The position numbers were made by a program, and so were the translations under genes. Shown here piece by piece: positions 48,879-62,170 of a stretch of 64,000 nucleotides of DNA. The notes beneath the pieces are model-generated. The model saw nothing but the letters and a program-made list of their open reading frames with translations, had not been told where the DNA came from and ran no database searches. Each line of letters opens with the position of its first letter. Positions within the stretch are counted from its first letter, which is position 1. Where the stretch lies: positions 28,954,001-29,018,000 of the forward strand of contig NC_043010.1 in the NCBI RefSeq assembly GCF_006345805.1, given 5' to 3'. Origin of the DNA: Octopus sinensis. Its lineage: Eukaryota.

Positions 48879-48971
48879 ACTCACCAAATAATCAAATTTT
48901 CCAGTAAATGCCACAATTAATAAATAGCAATAACAAAGAAGTCGGTGAAAGCGGTGTAAATATGTCTGCAT
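48879..48971 (-). other. Candidate upstream (leader) exon and 5' splice donor of the zinc-finger gene
   Basis: Minus strand ...GATTATTTG|GTGAGT consensus donor (exon end 48885), next to a CpG-retaining zone (~48000-48960) with an ATGCAAAT octamer near 48647. No transcript evidence. Confidence 0.35.
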
Positions 48972-49260
48972 TCAAAAGTTCCTACCCCCTTCCTCCTCAA
49001 ATCTGATCAAGGAATTCTGTTGGAGGAGGAATTACAACCGTGTTTCGTGGTCTGCTACCACAACAGCTCCTTTATAGGATCCAGTTAGCTCAAGACATCA
49101 TCAGGAGGGACCACGTCCGGTTTCGGCCCCTACTCCTCTACCGTTTTGACGTGCCCCCCCTCCTCTTTCGGAGGTGTCTTCAGCTCTGGTGTAGGGTGCA
49201 TGTCTTCTTTCTTCTGTTCCCTGGCCTCTTCGATGTAGCGTCAACGAGTGTCAGCGGGCG

Positions 49261-52200
49261 TATTTCTTTATTTTACCTATAAAAGGTTTGCATAGAGGGG
49301 ACAATGAAGGGCAGGCAAGGAACACATAAGGGTCAAACGCGCCCATTACACAAATTAAAAACGGATGGGTTTATACATGAGAATAAAATGATATGAAAAC
49401 GAATGATTAAATTAAAATATAAATGATGGGTATTACATTATTCTATTCGGGTTAGTGGACTAACCCGCCGGTTGGTTTCCTTTTAAGTAATTACTTTCCA
49501 TTCCCTTGCATGTGGACCGACCGTGCAAGCACAGCACCTTGCATACTCAACTTCCTTACAACTCCCATCCATCTTTTACCGAATACTCTTTGCGACAGGC
49601 TCCTCCTCTCCAGACGGATCTTGCAGAAAAGATGGGTGACTAAGTAATTCCCCATGCCACGTCCGGAGATGAATTGGCCTGTCGTGATTCCTTCTGCTTG
49701 TGCCTTCTATACCACATCTTTCAGTATGGTTACTATGCAGAGAAAAGCTACCTTCTTTTCTTTGGTGAAAGAAGAAAGTGGTACAATCTTTATCATGGAC
49801 TCAAACGAGAGCCGTACTCCCTCTGCATCCGACATCAGCTGTTCAGCAAAGGTCATCAACTCCCTCAACTCCCCACTATACGAAGGCATGCGTAACCGTT
49901 TTACTGGCACGCCCGCACCTCGGACACTTGCCTAGACAACCTTTCCCGAACCGGTAAGGCCGATCGGTAGCACAACCAGGTCAAGGATTTCTGGTAGTTA
50001 ACCAGAAATCCCGACCCAAAAGTCCTCCCGAACAGACTGGCTAGCTGCCCCTTATCGAAGCTTAGAATCTCCTCCAGGTCATCGTCGGACTTAAGCTCTA
50101 CCAACTTGCTATAAAAATCCGCTGTGGTAACCCTGCTGTCAGCATTGCTCACTCGAGAGAGGAGGGAAAGTGTTTGTCTGCACTCCTCCCGTCATTCCCC
50201 CAACTTGGGTCTCCGCGTGATCCATGCACCTAAGTCCACAAGGGACTTCACCTTTCAGAGTACCAACTCGGCATGCGATGACCACACCTGCTCACCATCC
50301 AGGTAGCACCGGAGATGTCTCAGCCTCAGCGCATACTTGCGCATCATTAGCCAGGGAATCCCTAGCCCACCCTTTAACAGTTTCTGACAACAGATGGAGC
50401 GCCTCACAAGTGGAGTTCTACTTCCCCACAAAAAGTGGAAAAGGATCCGCTCCAACTTGGTCAGCCACAAACCGGGGCAAGGCACGACAGTTAGGCGGTA
50501 GGTTATCACAGATGCCATGAACACCTGCGCAACCTCCGCCCTTTCCAACAAGGATAACTTCCTCTCAGACCACTTCTGGGCTATGGATGTCACCTTGCTC
50601 GCCACCTCACTTCAGTTCTTCTCCACCTGGAGGTCCGGTCCGAACTAGATCCCGAGCATTTAAACCGGGCTCTCCGTCCAGCGCCCGACGACGCTGTTGG
50701 GGAGGCATCGACTTGCCCCGCCAGGTGCCGAGTTGCAAGTCAACTGATTTTTCCTGGTTAATTTTGGCTCCTGCCACCGTCTCGTTTCCTTTGATGGCAT
50801 CTTCTACGCGAGGTAGCTGCCCTTCATCAAATACGGTGATGGTGACCTTATCCGCATACGCCGACACATTTCTTCCATAACTCAGATCACGCGGGTCCGT
50901 GACTTCCGCAGCAGTGGCTCAAGCGCCAATACATACAGTAGCGGAGACAAGGGACAGCCCTGGCGAACCGAACGCTCGATCGCGAAAGGGTTCGAGAAGA
51001 ACCCATTCACCCGGACTACAGTTTCGATATTGCCATATATGGCTTTGATCCAGCCTCGGAAGGTCGGGCCAAATCCGGCCGCCCGGAGGACTGCCGCCAG
51101 ATATTCGTGGTCAACCCTATCGAATGCTTTAGACTGGTCCAAATTCACCAGTGCTCCACCGTTGCCTTGCACTTTACTCACTCGCTCTATGGTGTAGCGA
51201 ATGGGGTGAAGGTTGTCTTGTATCGTCCTTCCTGGGATGGCATATGTCTGTGCTTCTCCCACCAGGTCGCCCACGACAACCCTAACTCTCTTCGCAAGCA
51301 CCTTGGCCAGAATCTTTAACTGTGTTTAACAGAGTTATGGGCCTAAAATTATTGACGTTATCCCCCTTGCTCGGGTCCTTCCTGATCAGTGTCACCACTC
51401 CTCGGCTAACAGCTTTGGGAATCCTCCCATTCTGCTGCCAATTCGTGTACACACTGGCCAGTACGTTCCCGAACAAGTCTGGCATGCTACTATAAAATTC
51501 GTAAGGAAGACCATCCAGACCCGGCGACTTGTCCCCGGGACACTCGGACAGTACCTCTCTGACCTCCTCGGCTGTGATTGGTCCTTCGCACGCTCAGTAT
51601 CACGGGCCGAAAGACGCGGGCCGCCGGCCAGAAAACACCGTAAGGCATCTCTATGGTCCAACGTTCCGCCCCTCCCGAACAACGCGGCAAAGTGCTTGTG
51701 AAAGGCTTTGCATATCTTCTCTTGTCCTTGGATCTCCTATCCGGACTCATCTGCCAAAGACCCAATCGTAGCATCGATGCCATGTCGGATTTCTTCCGAG
51801 CGAGCCCATCTGACAACATTGATACCTTCACGGCCCATTGCACGTATCCTAGCCCGGACTCTGCATCCCTCGTGCTTGGCATTGAGATGTCGGTCCAAAG
51901 CCGCTCTCGCCGCCAACGCTTGTGGTACAGGGCCCGATCTCAGTGCCTCTTCTAATGTCTTAACTAGATCCCTTTCTACTCTAGTCTTCTCTAGACTTAA
52001 CTGCTTGCTAAATCTAATTGACTCAATTCGAAAGGCTCTTTTGAGGGCACTCCACTACCGGTTTTTAATCACCGCACCGGTTAGTGTCCTCTTAACTAAC
52101 ACCTTAATCTGGCTACGGTAAGCCTCACAATCCAATAGTGTCTTGTTTAGCTTTCAATAGCCAGATCCCTGTCTATGTACCTTATCTATATGCACACCAC

Positions 52201-53020
52201 ACGTCACTAATTTGTGATCCGTGTAGGGTACATAGGTAAATTGTGGACAAGTACAACTAAACACATCTCTAATACTTACCACTATCCTGTCTATATAAGA
52301 CCTGATCGATCCGTCATTTCTTGCCCAAGTCCACATTGGAACGCTCGGATGATCAAGTCTATATCGATCTGCCAGCCTGAATCGCTTCATCAGATCGATG
52401 AGGCATGAGTTACCCTTTCTATCCTTCGAGCCAACGCTAACCAAGCGTGCATCTAGTATAGCGTTAAAGTCGCCTAACACAACTACTGTCCTCGATGTCA
52501 CCAGAAAGTTCTCCAGGCGTCGAAAGAAGTCAACCCGTTTGCCTGCATTCCCAGGCGCGTAAATACCAACCAATCTGAAGGCCTTACCACTGTACATTAG
52601 ATCCAGAACGACCGACTCGTCTTCCGGGTCCACGAAGATTGTACGTGTCTGCAGAGCCAGGCTTTTCCGGATCATGACTGCCACCCCTATACTCCCTCCC
52701 TCCTGGCTAGGAGAAATAATTTTCTCGTAGTCGTTCAGGAGGGTCGAGAAGGCCTGCAGCTTGCCCAACCTGGTCTCAGTAGCAACCATCACATCTATTC
52801 TGTGTGACCTAAGGTCGTCGAGGAGGCAAGCCTGCTTCTTCTTCGAGCCCAGGCCACGAACATTCAAACATGTGATCCTTAACACGGTCATCCTACGTCA
52901 TGCGGGAAAAAGAAAGACACTTACCATTCCTTTGTATTATTTTTATCTTTCAAGGTTCTCAAAACATTTGAGACCATTTCCCGGCTTTCGTCTTTATCTT
53001 TCAGGGCGGGTTCAACAATA
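49261..53020 (-). mobile_element. 5'-truncated Tx1/L1-clade LINE (end of ORF1, whole ORF2, 3' UTR)
   Basis: ORF1 tail ...ALKDKDESREMVSNVLRTLKDKNNTKEW*, ORF2 starting MTVLRITCLNVRGLG, 3' end ...TTGTCCCCTCTATGCAAACCTTTTATAGGTAAAATAAAGAAATA; GC- and CpG-rich relative to the flanks. Confidence 0.9.
49491..52891 (-). pseudogene. Disrupted ORF2: APE endonuclease, reverse transcriptase and C-terminal region
   Basis: APE motifs (NVRG, ATET, GIYAP, GDFNA, SYIDRI, TDHK) and RT motifs (RPITLLN, DQSKAFDRVDH, VRQGCPLSPLLY, AYADKV for YADD); split into several track ORFs by stops and frameshifts. Confidence 0.9.
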
Positions 53021-54260
53021 TTACTTGTCTTTCCAAATCCGTGGCCACCTCCCAGTATCCCTTCCATCTTTCGTCTATCTCGTATATTTTGTAGGCCTGG
53101 ATTTATATCCTTTTCCCTCCTTCAGGAAGTATACTTTCCTGCGCGTTTCCACTTTGGGGTACTCTCCCCTATTGTACCTCTCGATCTTCTCCTTGAGTGC
53201 TGCGCTTATGACGCCGCGAACTTGATTATGACGCCATGTATCTCTTTCTAGTGCTAGTCTGCAGTTTTGACAGAACATGTCTAACCGTCACTTTCTCTCC
53301 GCATCTACACTCATCGGTTGTTTTTATGTTACACCGGACTAAGTTCGTCGGTGAGCGTAGAACGTCGAAGGTAGACTTGATCAGGAAGGATGTTTTTGCT
53401 TGTTCCCGTGCCCAAAGTTCCTTCCATGATATTCTGCGGCTGATCACATATTCCTCCCATCTTAGGCACTGTCCCTGTTGACTACATTGCACCAAATGTA
53501 CATTTCGCCTTTCTTCTTCCTCCTTTCTCACTTCGTATACCACTGCCTCTTTCATCTCTTTTATATCGCTGTTGCAAAATGGCCTGAAATTGTGCGATCC
53601 TAGGCCAGCTCTTGCTTCTTGCGTCGCTTCGACTATATCTGCGTGCCTTAGTTTTCCGATTACCCTGTTTACTGCCTCTTCCGCCATCCATTTCCGCCCT
53701 GTTCTTACCTTTGGAGGGTTTTCCCGGATGCTCTGATCTTTTGAATACCTTAGCATCATTACTGTCCTTGCCTTTCCTGCCTTATATTCTTCGGCGATTG
53801 ATGTTATTGGTAATTGCAGCACGGGTTTTCCATATAGTGCAATTGTATTCAGTGGTTTCGGCAGACCAAGCCATTTTTTGATAAACACACTGTCTACTCT
53901 ACTCGAGGCTATTTCGTACATTTGCAATGGCCACATTATCCCTGGGTACAGCCCAAATTGCAGTATCCAACATTTGAATTTTCCCGGCAGCGTTGTTCTG
54001 TCAATTGCCTTTAATCCTTGTTCTACTAACTCGTGTGTTTCTTTCCCTTGCTTCTTATCATTTAATAAATCTCTATACCATCTGCCGAGACTCTTTACTG
54101 GTTGTTCTTTCACCGTTGGTGTGTCTTCACCTCCTATCCCGAATTTCACTTCTTGCATTCCTTTCACGAAAGCCACACTTCGAGATTTTTTGGCTTTGAA
54201 TTCATCCTTGCCCATCCGATCAGTTCGTCCAATCGCTCTAACGTTTCCTCTGCTGTTGGA
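53015..54260 (-). pseudogene. HERO-like (R2 superfamily) non-LTR retrotransposon fragment, truncated at both ends
   Basis: The 329-aa ORF (PVKSLGRWY, LPGKFKCWILQFGLYP, KKWLGLP, RTGRKW, LRHADIV, QQGQC..WE, DVLRSPTNL, CRCGEKVTVRHVLS, then WRHNQV) resembles HERO thumb and CCHC regions; it ends at WEVATDLERQV, just before the endonuclease core. Confidence 0.8.
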
Positions 54261-55488
54261 GATATTCAGGAAATACTATATGAATTCTAATACTGGACTG
54301 CTATTTTATGTTATTGACTTCGAAAGGATGAAAGAAAAAAGCAAACTTCAGCAGAATTTGAATATAGGATGTAAAGGGAAATAGTTGTTTAACTGCAAGA
54401 TATTTTGCTCAGTTCGCCTATCGATTCTTATCCACCTTCCTTCTCTATTGAGATACATTTTATTTAAAATTAGATAAATGTGGAGAATCACAGCGTAATT
54501 TCAAAATAAATAAATGAACAAATAGATGAAAGGAAATGTTTAAAAATAACATAGGTTACTCGAGATAACGAAACGAAAAAGAAAAGAAAAAAGGATATTG
54601 TTTACTAATTCGGTGTACGCAACTGGAGAAGCATTAAATTTAAAAAGCCATTTTGTAACATATATACACCGTTGTCAGACAAGAAGTTTCAGTTTTTATC
54701 CGAGGTAAAATCTCTTAAAGCCGTGCTGTGTTTAAAAACACAAATCGTATCAGAGGGTTACGAAAAATCGCTTCTACAGCGGCAAGCGAGAACACTATAT
54801 ATATTTCGGCCTGTTTGAGTTTAGTCAATGACGTATACTCGTAACCAGTCACATGCTTAAACGAAATCCATCGTCTTTGAAATAGAGGAAACAGTGGAGA
54901 ATATATTCACTGATATTGTGGCAATACCAGTGAATATATTATTTACTGTTTGCCAAAAATTCGGAGGCGGCGAATTTTGTCTTCGCATGCAGTTGCGAGA
55001 ACATGTCATTGACGAGGCTCAACAAGGCCGAAATGCATCTTATACTGTCGCTAGCCGCTGTCGGGACGATATTTTGTTTCTTTCTGATATGTATATATGC
55101 TGTATATTTAATACAGTATGTCCATAGATTTTATCTCGGATAAAAACTGCAGCTTTTTGCCTGTCAGCGATGGATGTATTATATGTTAAGTATGATACGC
55201 ACATGCTTGTATGGTTTAATGCAATTTTTTTTCCTGTTGAAGAGGTGGGGGAAGGTCATTGCGACTCTATTGGATAATTCTGCTCTGGTCTACATTGATC
55301 TGAGCGGCCGAAGTGGTAAGCAAATAATTTAGCTGAATATGAATGATATTTCATAACCGGCTAGATGATACCCTTGAGGTGGCAAATATTAATTACTAGA
55401 AGTATCTTTAGTAGACTATGCAATCGACTGGTAAGATTTGAACTCAGGAACGTAACGCTTTTATTTAATTTGAAGCTGTACACCCCCT

Positions 55489-55489
<1 letters not shown>

Positions 55490-55575
<86 letters not shown>

Positions 55576-55656
55576 GACTATCTATCTGTCTGTCTGCCTA
55601 TCTGTCTGCCTGTCCGTCTGCCTGTCTGCCTGTCTGTCTGTCTGTCTGTCTATCTG

Positions 55657-55739
<83 letters not shown>

Positions 55740-55774
55740 GTCTGTCTATCTGTATATCTGTCTGTCTGTCTGTC
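55490..55774. repeat. Compound (TATC)n/(TGTC)n microsatellite
   Basis: Directly visible. Confidence 0.95.
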
Positions 55775-55809
55775 CACAAACATACAATCATGCACGCACA
55801 CATGCAGAC

Positions 55810-56225
55810 ACTTGTCTTTTATCTTCATTAGTTCCAGTCATTTGATTGTGGCCATACTGGGGCTCCGGCTTCAAGAATTTTGGTCGAATGAATCGACTTG
55901 ATTGATTCTAGTTTCAGCTCACGAGCTGCAGCCATGCTGGGGCACCGACTTCAGTACTTATTTGTTAAAAAATCTTGGTACTATTTCTATCTGCTCTGTA
56001 GTCGAACCATTAAGTTATGGAGACATAAACACATCAACACCAAAGGTGGAGGATACAGACACACACATACGCGCGCGCGAGTGCGATCACAGAGAAGCTT
56101 TTTCAGAATTCGTCAACCAAATCCAATCACAAAGTTTTAGCCGGTCCATAGCTATAGTAGAAGAAACTTGGCCAAAGTGTCACGCAGTGGCACTGAACCC
56201 GGAACTGCGTGGTGTGGAAGCGTCT
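55810..56225 (-). mobile_element. SINE type A (with a duplicated tail segment)
   Basis: Reverse-complement tail segments twice (55815-55900 and 55910-55960), 3' half and head. Confidence 0.7.
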
Positions 56226-56310
56226 GTGAAAGCAGGAAAATCTGCAGACAAAAAAGACAAAAAAGTAAAGAAAAATCCACAAGAGTTACTTCCCTTAAAC
56301 CGCTATTTAA

Positions 56311-56410
<100 letters not shown>

Positions 56411-56609
56411 GACGGACGTGCTGTCACCTCGGCTCCGAAGGTAATCGTTTATTTTGACTATTTATAGCTCATATTTTGTGTACATTTTTGTATATAAGGT
56501 GTGTAAGGCACCCAACTTTCGTTTGAGTGCTTTTCCAAGGGAGGAATTCGCCCCTAGGGGCAGTTTCAACCCTATTTAATTTACGTATTTTTCTTCTCGA
56601 CATTAAAAA

Positions 56610-58583
56610 ATGTCGGTAAATTTTATTGTAGAACGCTGGTCGCGTTCCTTTATGGACCAGCATTTTCCTAGTCTGGAAACGCTAGGAGGAAAAAAGAACT
56701 TATACACGCACACACATTCGACAAAGACAAACCTGAATGACGTGGTAGTGAACGCTGCAACCACTTGCAGTAACAGCCCTGTCACCACCACCACCACCAC
56801 CACCACCACCACCACTAACAACAACAACAACGAGACTACTACTGCTACCACCACAACCTCCACCACCACCACCACCACCACCACCACTAACAACAACAAC
56901 AACGAGACTACTACTGCTACCACCACAACCTCCACCACCACCACCACCACCACCACCACCGCCACCACCACGACCAACATAAATGATAAAAATGAAACTC
57001 ACGCGAATACTATTAACAAAAACAACAACAACAAGAAGAACAACAATAAAAATGAACTATCTAATTGTGAAGATGTTAATATAAAAGAATCAACAACACC
57101 AGTAAATTTCGCTGACACTCTGCGTCAGAAAAAAGAAATAGTAAAATTTACGAATGAAGAGTTAATAGAAACGAGAGCACTCTTTACAACCCGAGGGCAA
57201 GATTTAGTGCTGCATACACCTCAACACATAAAGGAACAAATAGAAAATAAGACAATTATATATAAAATTATAAGAAAAAACAAAAAAACAAAATGAACAG
57301 ATTACAAAAACGGATATAGAAAAGTGTTTAAAAAACATAATGAAGAAAAAAGAATATATAAACTGGGGTCCCCAGTTTAACACAGTAGTGGTCCGCTTCC
57401 CTAACCAGGAAGTGGCAAAAGCTCACTCTACGGAGTCTTTGGAAAATGATGAAATCATCATGGTACCATACTGCAAAGGCCAGAGAGTGAGTAGAATTAC
57501 TATTAAAAATGTACCCCCCGAGATTCCTAATGGATAACAGGGGCAATCTGTTACTATTTGAAAACTATAAATATCTTAGAGACTGCCGTATACCTAAACG
57601 ACAATTGGGGTGGAAAAACAATAGTAGTGACCATCCAGATTGAGGGGGCCTCTATCGAGAACCTACCTGATAGGATCCACTTAGAAAATGGGCAAAGCCT
57701 ATATGTTGTAGCAGAAGGCAAAAAGCCTAGATGCTACAACTGTGGCAGCCCAGAACATTTAATTGCCAAGTGTGCTCTGGTACAGAAAAAACAAGAAAGA
57801 ACAAATCAGAAAACAAATAAAAAACCCTTGTTGCCAACACCAACACCAACACACTCAATTATGGAACAATGCCAAGAAAAACAACAAACCAGCAAACAAA
57901 CCCCAACAACATCACCAAGAAAAAAAACAGTACCAACACAATCACTGTTGACGTCGCAACCAATTCATCATACTGAACCAAAAGATAGACCAACACCAAC
58001 ACCGAGGACAACAATTAAAAAGACAGAAAACAGTGACGAGAAGACAAATTCTACCCCTAACACCACAACAACACAAACACCGCACAATGCATCAACAATT
58101 TCTACAAGTATACATATTAACGCAAATGCTTTGCCTTTACCCCCTTCTGATTCGTCGGACGACGAAAGTTCGACGGAACGGCAAATAGCCACAGGGGGTA
58201 AAAGGAAAAGATCAAAAAAGCCCACCAAACAAGGAAGTAAAGCAGGGAGGTATTTAACTCCGGACAACATCCCCCTAGACAATAAAAAAATTAATGAACC
58301 CGCAAAACCACACACGCAACTAACTGCAATAGACACAGACAATAAAAAATTAATGGATTATATTGCATCCAACACGGACATCTGTGAAGATGACTTTAAG
58401 ACAAACAATCATCCGCGCACCACACCACCGAAACACACAAGAATTGTACACATAACACAAACACAACACCATACACTGAAAACAATATTTCCAAATGCGG
58501 TAGGCGGGTTTCAACGATACCTCTCCAAAAAACTATACACACACCTCATCAAAGACACTACAAAAGAAGAAGAAGAAAAATGA
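56610..58583 (+). pseudogene. Disrupted ORF1 (gag-like): Thr/Asn-rich N-terminus, RRM-like region, single CCHC knuckle, Thr/Pro/Lys-rich C-terminus
   Basis: Three track ORFs (56610-57296, 57340-57537, 57558-58583) appear to be joined by frameshifts; CYNCGSPEHLIAKC is C-X2-C-X4-H-X4-C. Confidence 0.8.
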
Positions 58584-58671
58584 AACTTTCGAAATGAGTA
58601 AGTGACCTTCCCCCTTGCCTCTTGTCTCTTCCAATGTAGTGTGTGAAACACAATTTTCGTAAACGTCAATT

Positions 58672-61564
58672 ATGCTTAAATTAGGTTGTGTGAATGCGCG
58701 TGGCTTGGTGTCGGCTTGGAAGCAAGGTTACCTTCTAAACGACATCAAGTCACTGAACGTGGATATAGTAGCTATCAGTGAAACCAGACTCAGCAAGCCG
58801 CGGGCCCTCGCGTCCATGTTTGGCGATCAATTTGACATTTATTTTTCTCCCTGTCTGCCGAACATGGGTGGTGGAGGTACCGCGGTGCTTTTTCGAAAGA
58901 GTCTAAATGTAAAAGTAAGAACAATATTCTAGACCCGGAGGGTAGGCTGGTTGTCTTGGACGTGGATGGCAGAAATGGGTGTGCATTCCGTCTGATGGCA
59001 GTTTATGCACCGTCCTTAACGGGTCGAGCGGATTTCTTCAGACGTCTAGAGGTTTTCCTGGGTACGTCTAGACCTTTACTGTTAGTAGGGGATTGGAACG
59101 CTATCTTGGACACACATCTAGATTATGTGGGAATGGATAGGAATAGAAGGGGGTGTAAGTGCCTCAAAGACCTACTCAGACGTTTCCATTTGTCTGACAG
59201 GTTCCGACTCGACCATCCGAACGTGCCAACGTGGACTTGGACAAACCGCGTCGGATCGTCGAGATCTTATCTAGATAGAATTCTATGCAGGACAGCGGAT
59301 AGGGATAGTGTAGGATGTCCACAATTTAAAATAGTCAGCTACACAGATCACAAATTTGTGACGTGTACGCTCGACTTAGATAAGACACATAGACAGGGTC
59401 CCGGTTACTGGAAACTGAACACGTCGCTCTTAGCGCGACAGGTTTACAGGAACCGGATTAGCGAGTTAATTAAGAGGGCGCTGACGGGAACGGTCGTTAA
59501 CAACCGCTGGTGGTACGCCCTGAAAATGGCAATAAAATCGGAATAAATTAGGTTTAGCAAGGAATTAGCGATAGATCGAAATAGAGTAGAGGGAGACCTG
59601 GCTAAGAAACTAGAAGAGGCACTTACCACTGGCAGCGCAACCAACGTGCTGGCTGCGAGGATGGCCCTCGACCAACAGCTCAACGCCAAGCACGAAGGTT
59701 GCGTCGTCAGAGCTAAAATGTGTGCCTTAAGGAACGAAGGGATCGAAGCTGCGCGAGAGGCCCGGGTAGCGGAGGCGCAGCGTGGCAACAGAGCCACCAT
59801 TCGGTCTCTAATAGATCAACAGGGATGCAGTTTACTCGAACCCGAAAGGATGTGTGAGGCCTTTCAACAGCACTTTGCTCGACTGTTTGGTGCGAGTGGT
59901 GGGTCGGAACGCGGGATGGATTTCAATGCCTACTTGACCGACTTGCCGCGGCTCTCGGCAAGAGAAGCGGAGTGTTGTGAAAGTCCCATCACAGCCGCTG
60001 ACGTGCGGGATGCGATGGCGGGCTGCGCGAGGGATAAGTCGCCTGGATTGGATGGTTTACCCTACGAGCTGTATTGTCAAATGCCAGACTTGTTTGGCGA
60101 CCTCTTGGCATCAGTCTACTGCAACTGGCAACAAAACGAGAGAATCCCCGGTTTCGTGAGCCGAAGTGCAGTAACGTTGCTGAAGAAAGACCCAAACAAG
60201 GGGAATTTTATAGATAATTTCAGGCCCATCACTCTGCTCAACGCAGATTTGAAAATTTTGGCCAAAGTAATAGCTGAGAGGTTGGCGCTTGTCATTGGTA
60301 AACTGGTCGACAGGGCGTAAACATGCGCCGTGCTGGGCAGAACCATACATGACAACCTCCATCTGATGCGCTACATTGTGGACAGGGTAGTTAAGGATCC
60401 TGGCATGGGTGGGGCGCTGATAAATTTGGATCAGTCTAAAGCCTTCGATAGGGTTGACCATCGGTACTTGGCGGCCGTCCTCAGGGCGCTGGCTTCGGTC
60501 CCGTCTTCCGCGGTTGGATCGCTGCCTTGTATAGCGGCATCCGATCGGTGATTCGGGTGAACGGTCACCTGTCGAAACCATTTGACATCACGCGTTCGGT
60601 CCGTCAGGGGTGTCCCCTGTCGGCACTTCTGTATGTATTGACTCTCGAGCCGCTACTACGGAAGCTGGCGACACTGAGGGGCATCCCACGGGAACTGGGT
60701 TGCGGGACGAGCGTGTTGGCATATGCGGACGATGTCACCGTCATAGTGTCGAGCGACAAACACATGCAGATGATAGGCGAGACACTAAGAAAATACGAAA
60801 CGGTGACGGGAGCGAAGATTAACCCGGAAAAGTCAGTGGGTTTGCTACTCGGCACCTAGAGAAGCAAGCCCATGCCGTCCGACTGCGGCTCAATAGTGGG
60901 ACGCTGGACGGACGGACCGGTTAAATTGCTCGGGGTCTGGTTCAGTCCGGACCTCCAAATGGATAAGAACAGGGACGAGATCACGGGTAGAGTGGTCGCT
61001 CTCAGCCAAACATGGGCCGAGAGAAAGCTGTCTCTAAAAGGCCGGGCGGAGGTGGCGAACGCGTACATCGCATCCGTCATCGATTACCGCCTGACCGTCG
61101 TGCCTTGTCCCGACGCCAATATCACCAAACTGGAACGCATACTCTTCCTCTTCCTGTGGAAGGGTGGCGTTCCGATGGTGAGGAAGTCCATTTGCTGTCA
61201 ACATCCGTTGAATGGAGGACTGGGCATGCCGTGGTTGATGATGCGCAGGCATGCGCTGAGACTGCAACATCTCTGGAACTTCATCGACGACGGTGAACAG
61301 GTGTGGGCGCCGTTTGTGAAAACGGTTTTCGTTACGCTGATGGCTATGGCGAAAGAATGTGTGTGGTGGACGCGTTTGAAAGGATTGCAAACAAACACCT
61401 TCCTCTCTGGTCAGTCACTCGTCAACTTTTTCAAGTACCACTTGAAAAGGAGGATGAGAATAGAGAGGAAGGCTTTGTCGAACGAATGTTTTAATAAAAA
61501 GTGGGTAAAAGTGGCAAAAATGGTCAGTATGAAAGACGACACTATTTTAAGCATAAATCTGTAA
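58672..61564 (+). pseudogene. Disrupted ORF2: APE endonuclease and reverse transcriptase, with an in-frame C-terminal deletion
   Basis: MLKLGCVNARG, ISETR, AVYAP, GDWNA, SYLDRI, TDHK; RPITLLNADLKI, DQSKAFDRVDH, VRQGCPLS, AYADDV. About two 1-nt frameshifts (~58930, ~60490) and three in-frame stops (59546, 60320, 60859). Confidence 0.92.
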
Positions 61565-61843
61565 CCAAAAGAGACAACGAGAAGTAAGGCGACTTACTCA
61601 TGTGTTCTTTTTCGAACTGTCTTGGTCTTTTTTGTAGGTTTTTCTTTCCAAGGCTACACCTAAACAGTGAACCTTATATATATATATATATATTGCTTTT
61701 TTATACACCACACAACCCACAGATCCCTATTGATCAAACATTTTTCTTTTGCCCCACCCATCCCACCTCGAAAAGAAAAAATTCTACATTGCATTTCGTC
61801 CATTTTTATTCTGTGTTTAGCCCTGTGTGGCTACAATAAAAAG

Positions 61844-62160
<317 letters not shown>

Positions 62161-62170
62161 TGTATGTTAT

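Noticed and set aside
49251-53010. TCAGCGGGCG (49251) and TCAGGGCGGG (53001) as a target-site duplication of the minus-strand Tx1
   Set aside because: The sequences are only similar, and the 53001 copy lies within the apparent ORF1 coding end.
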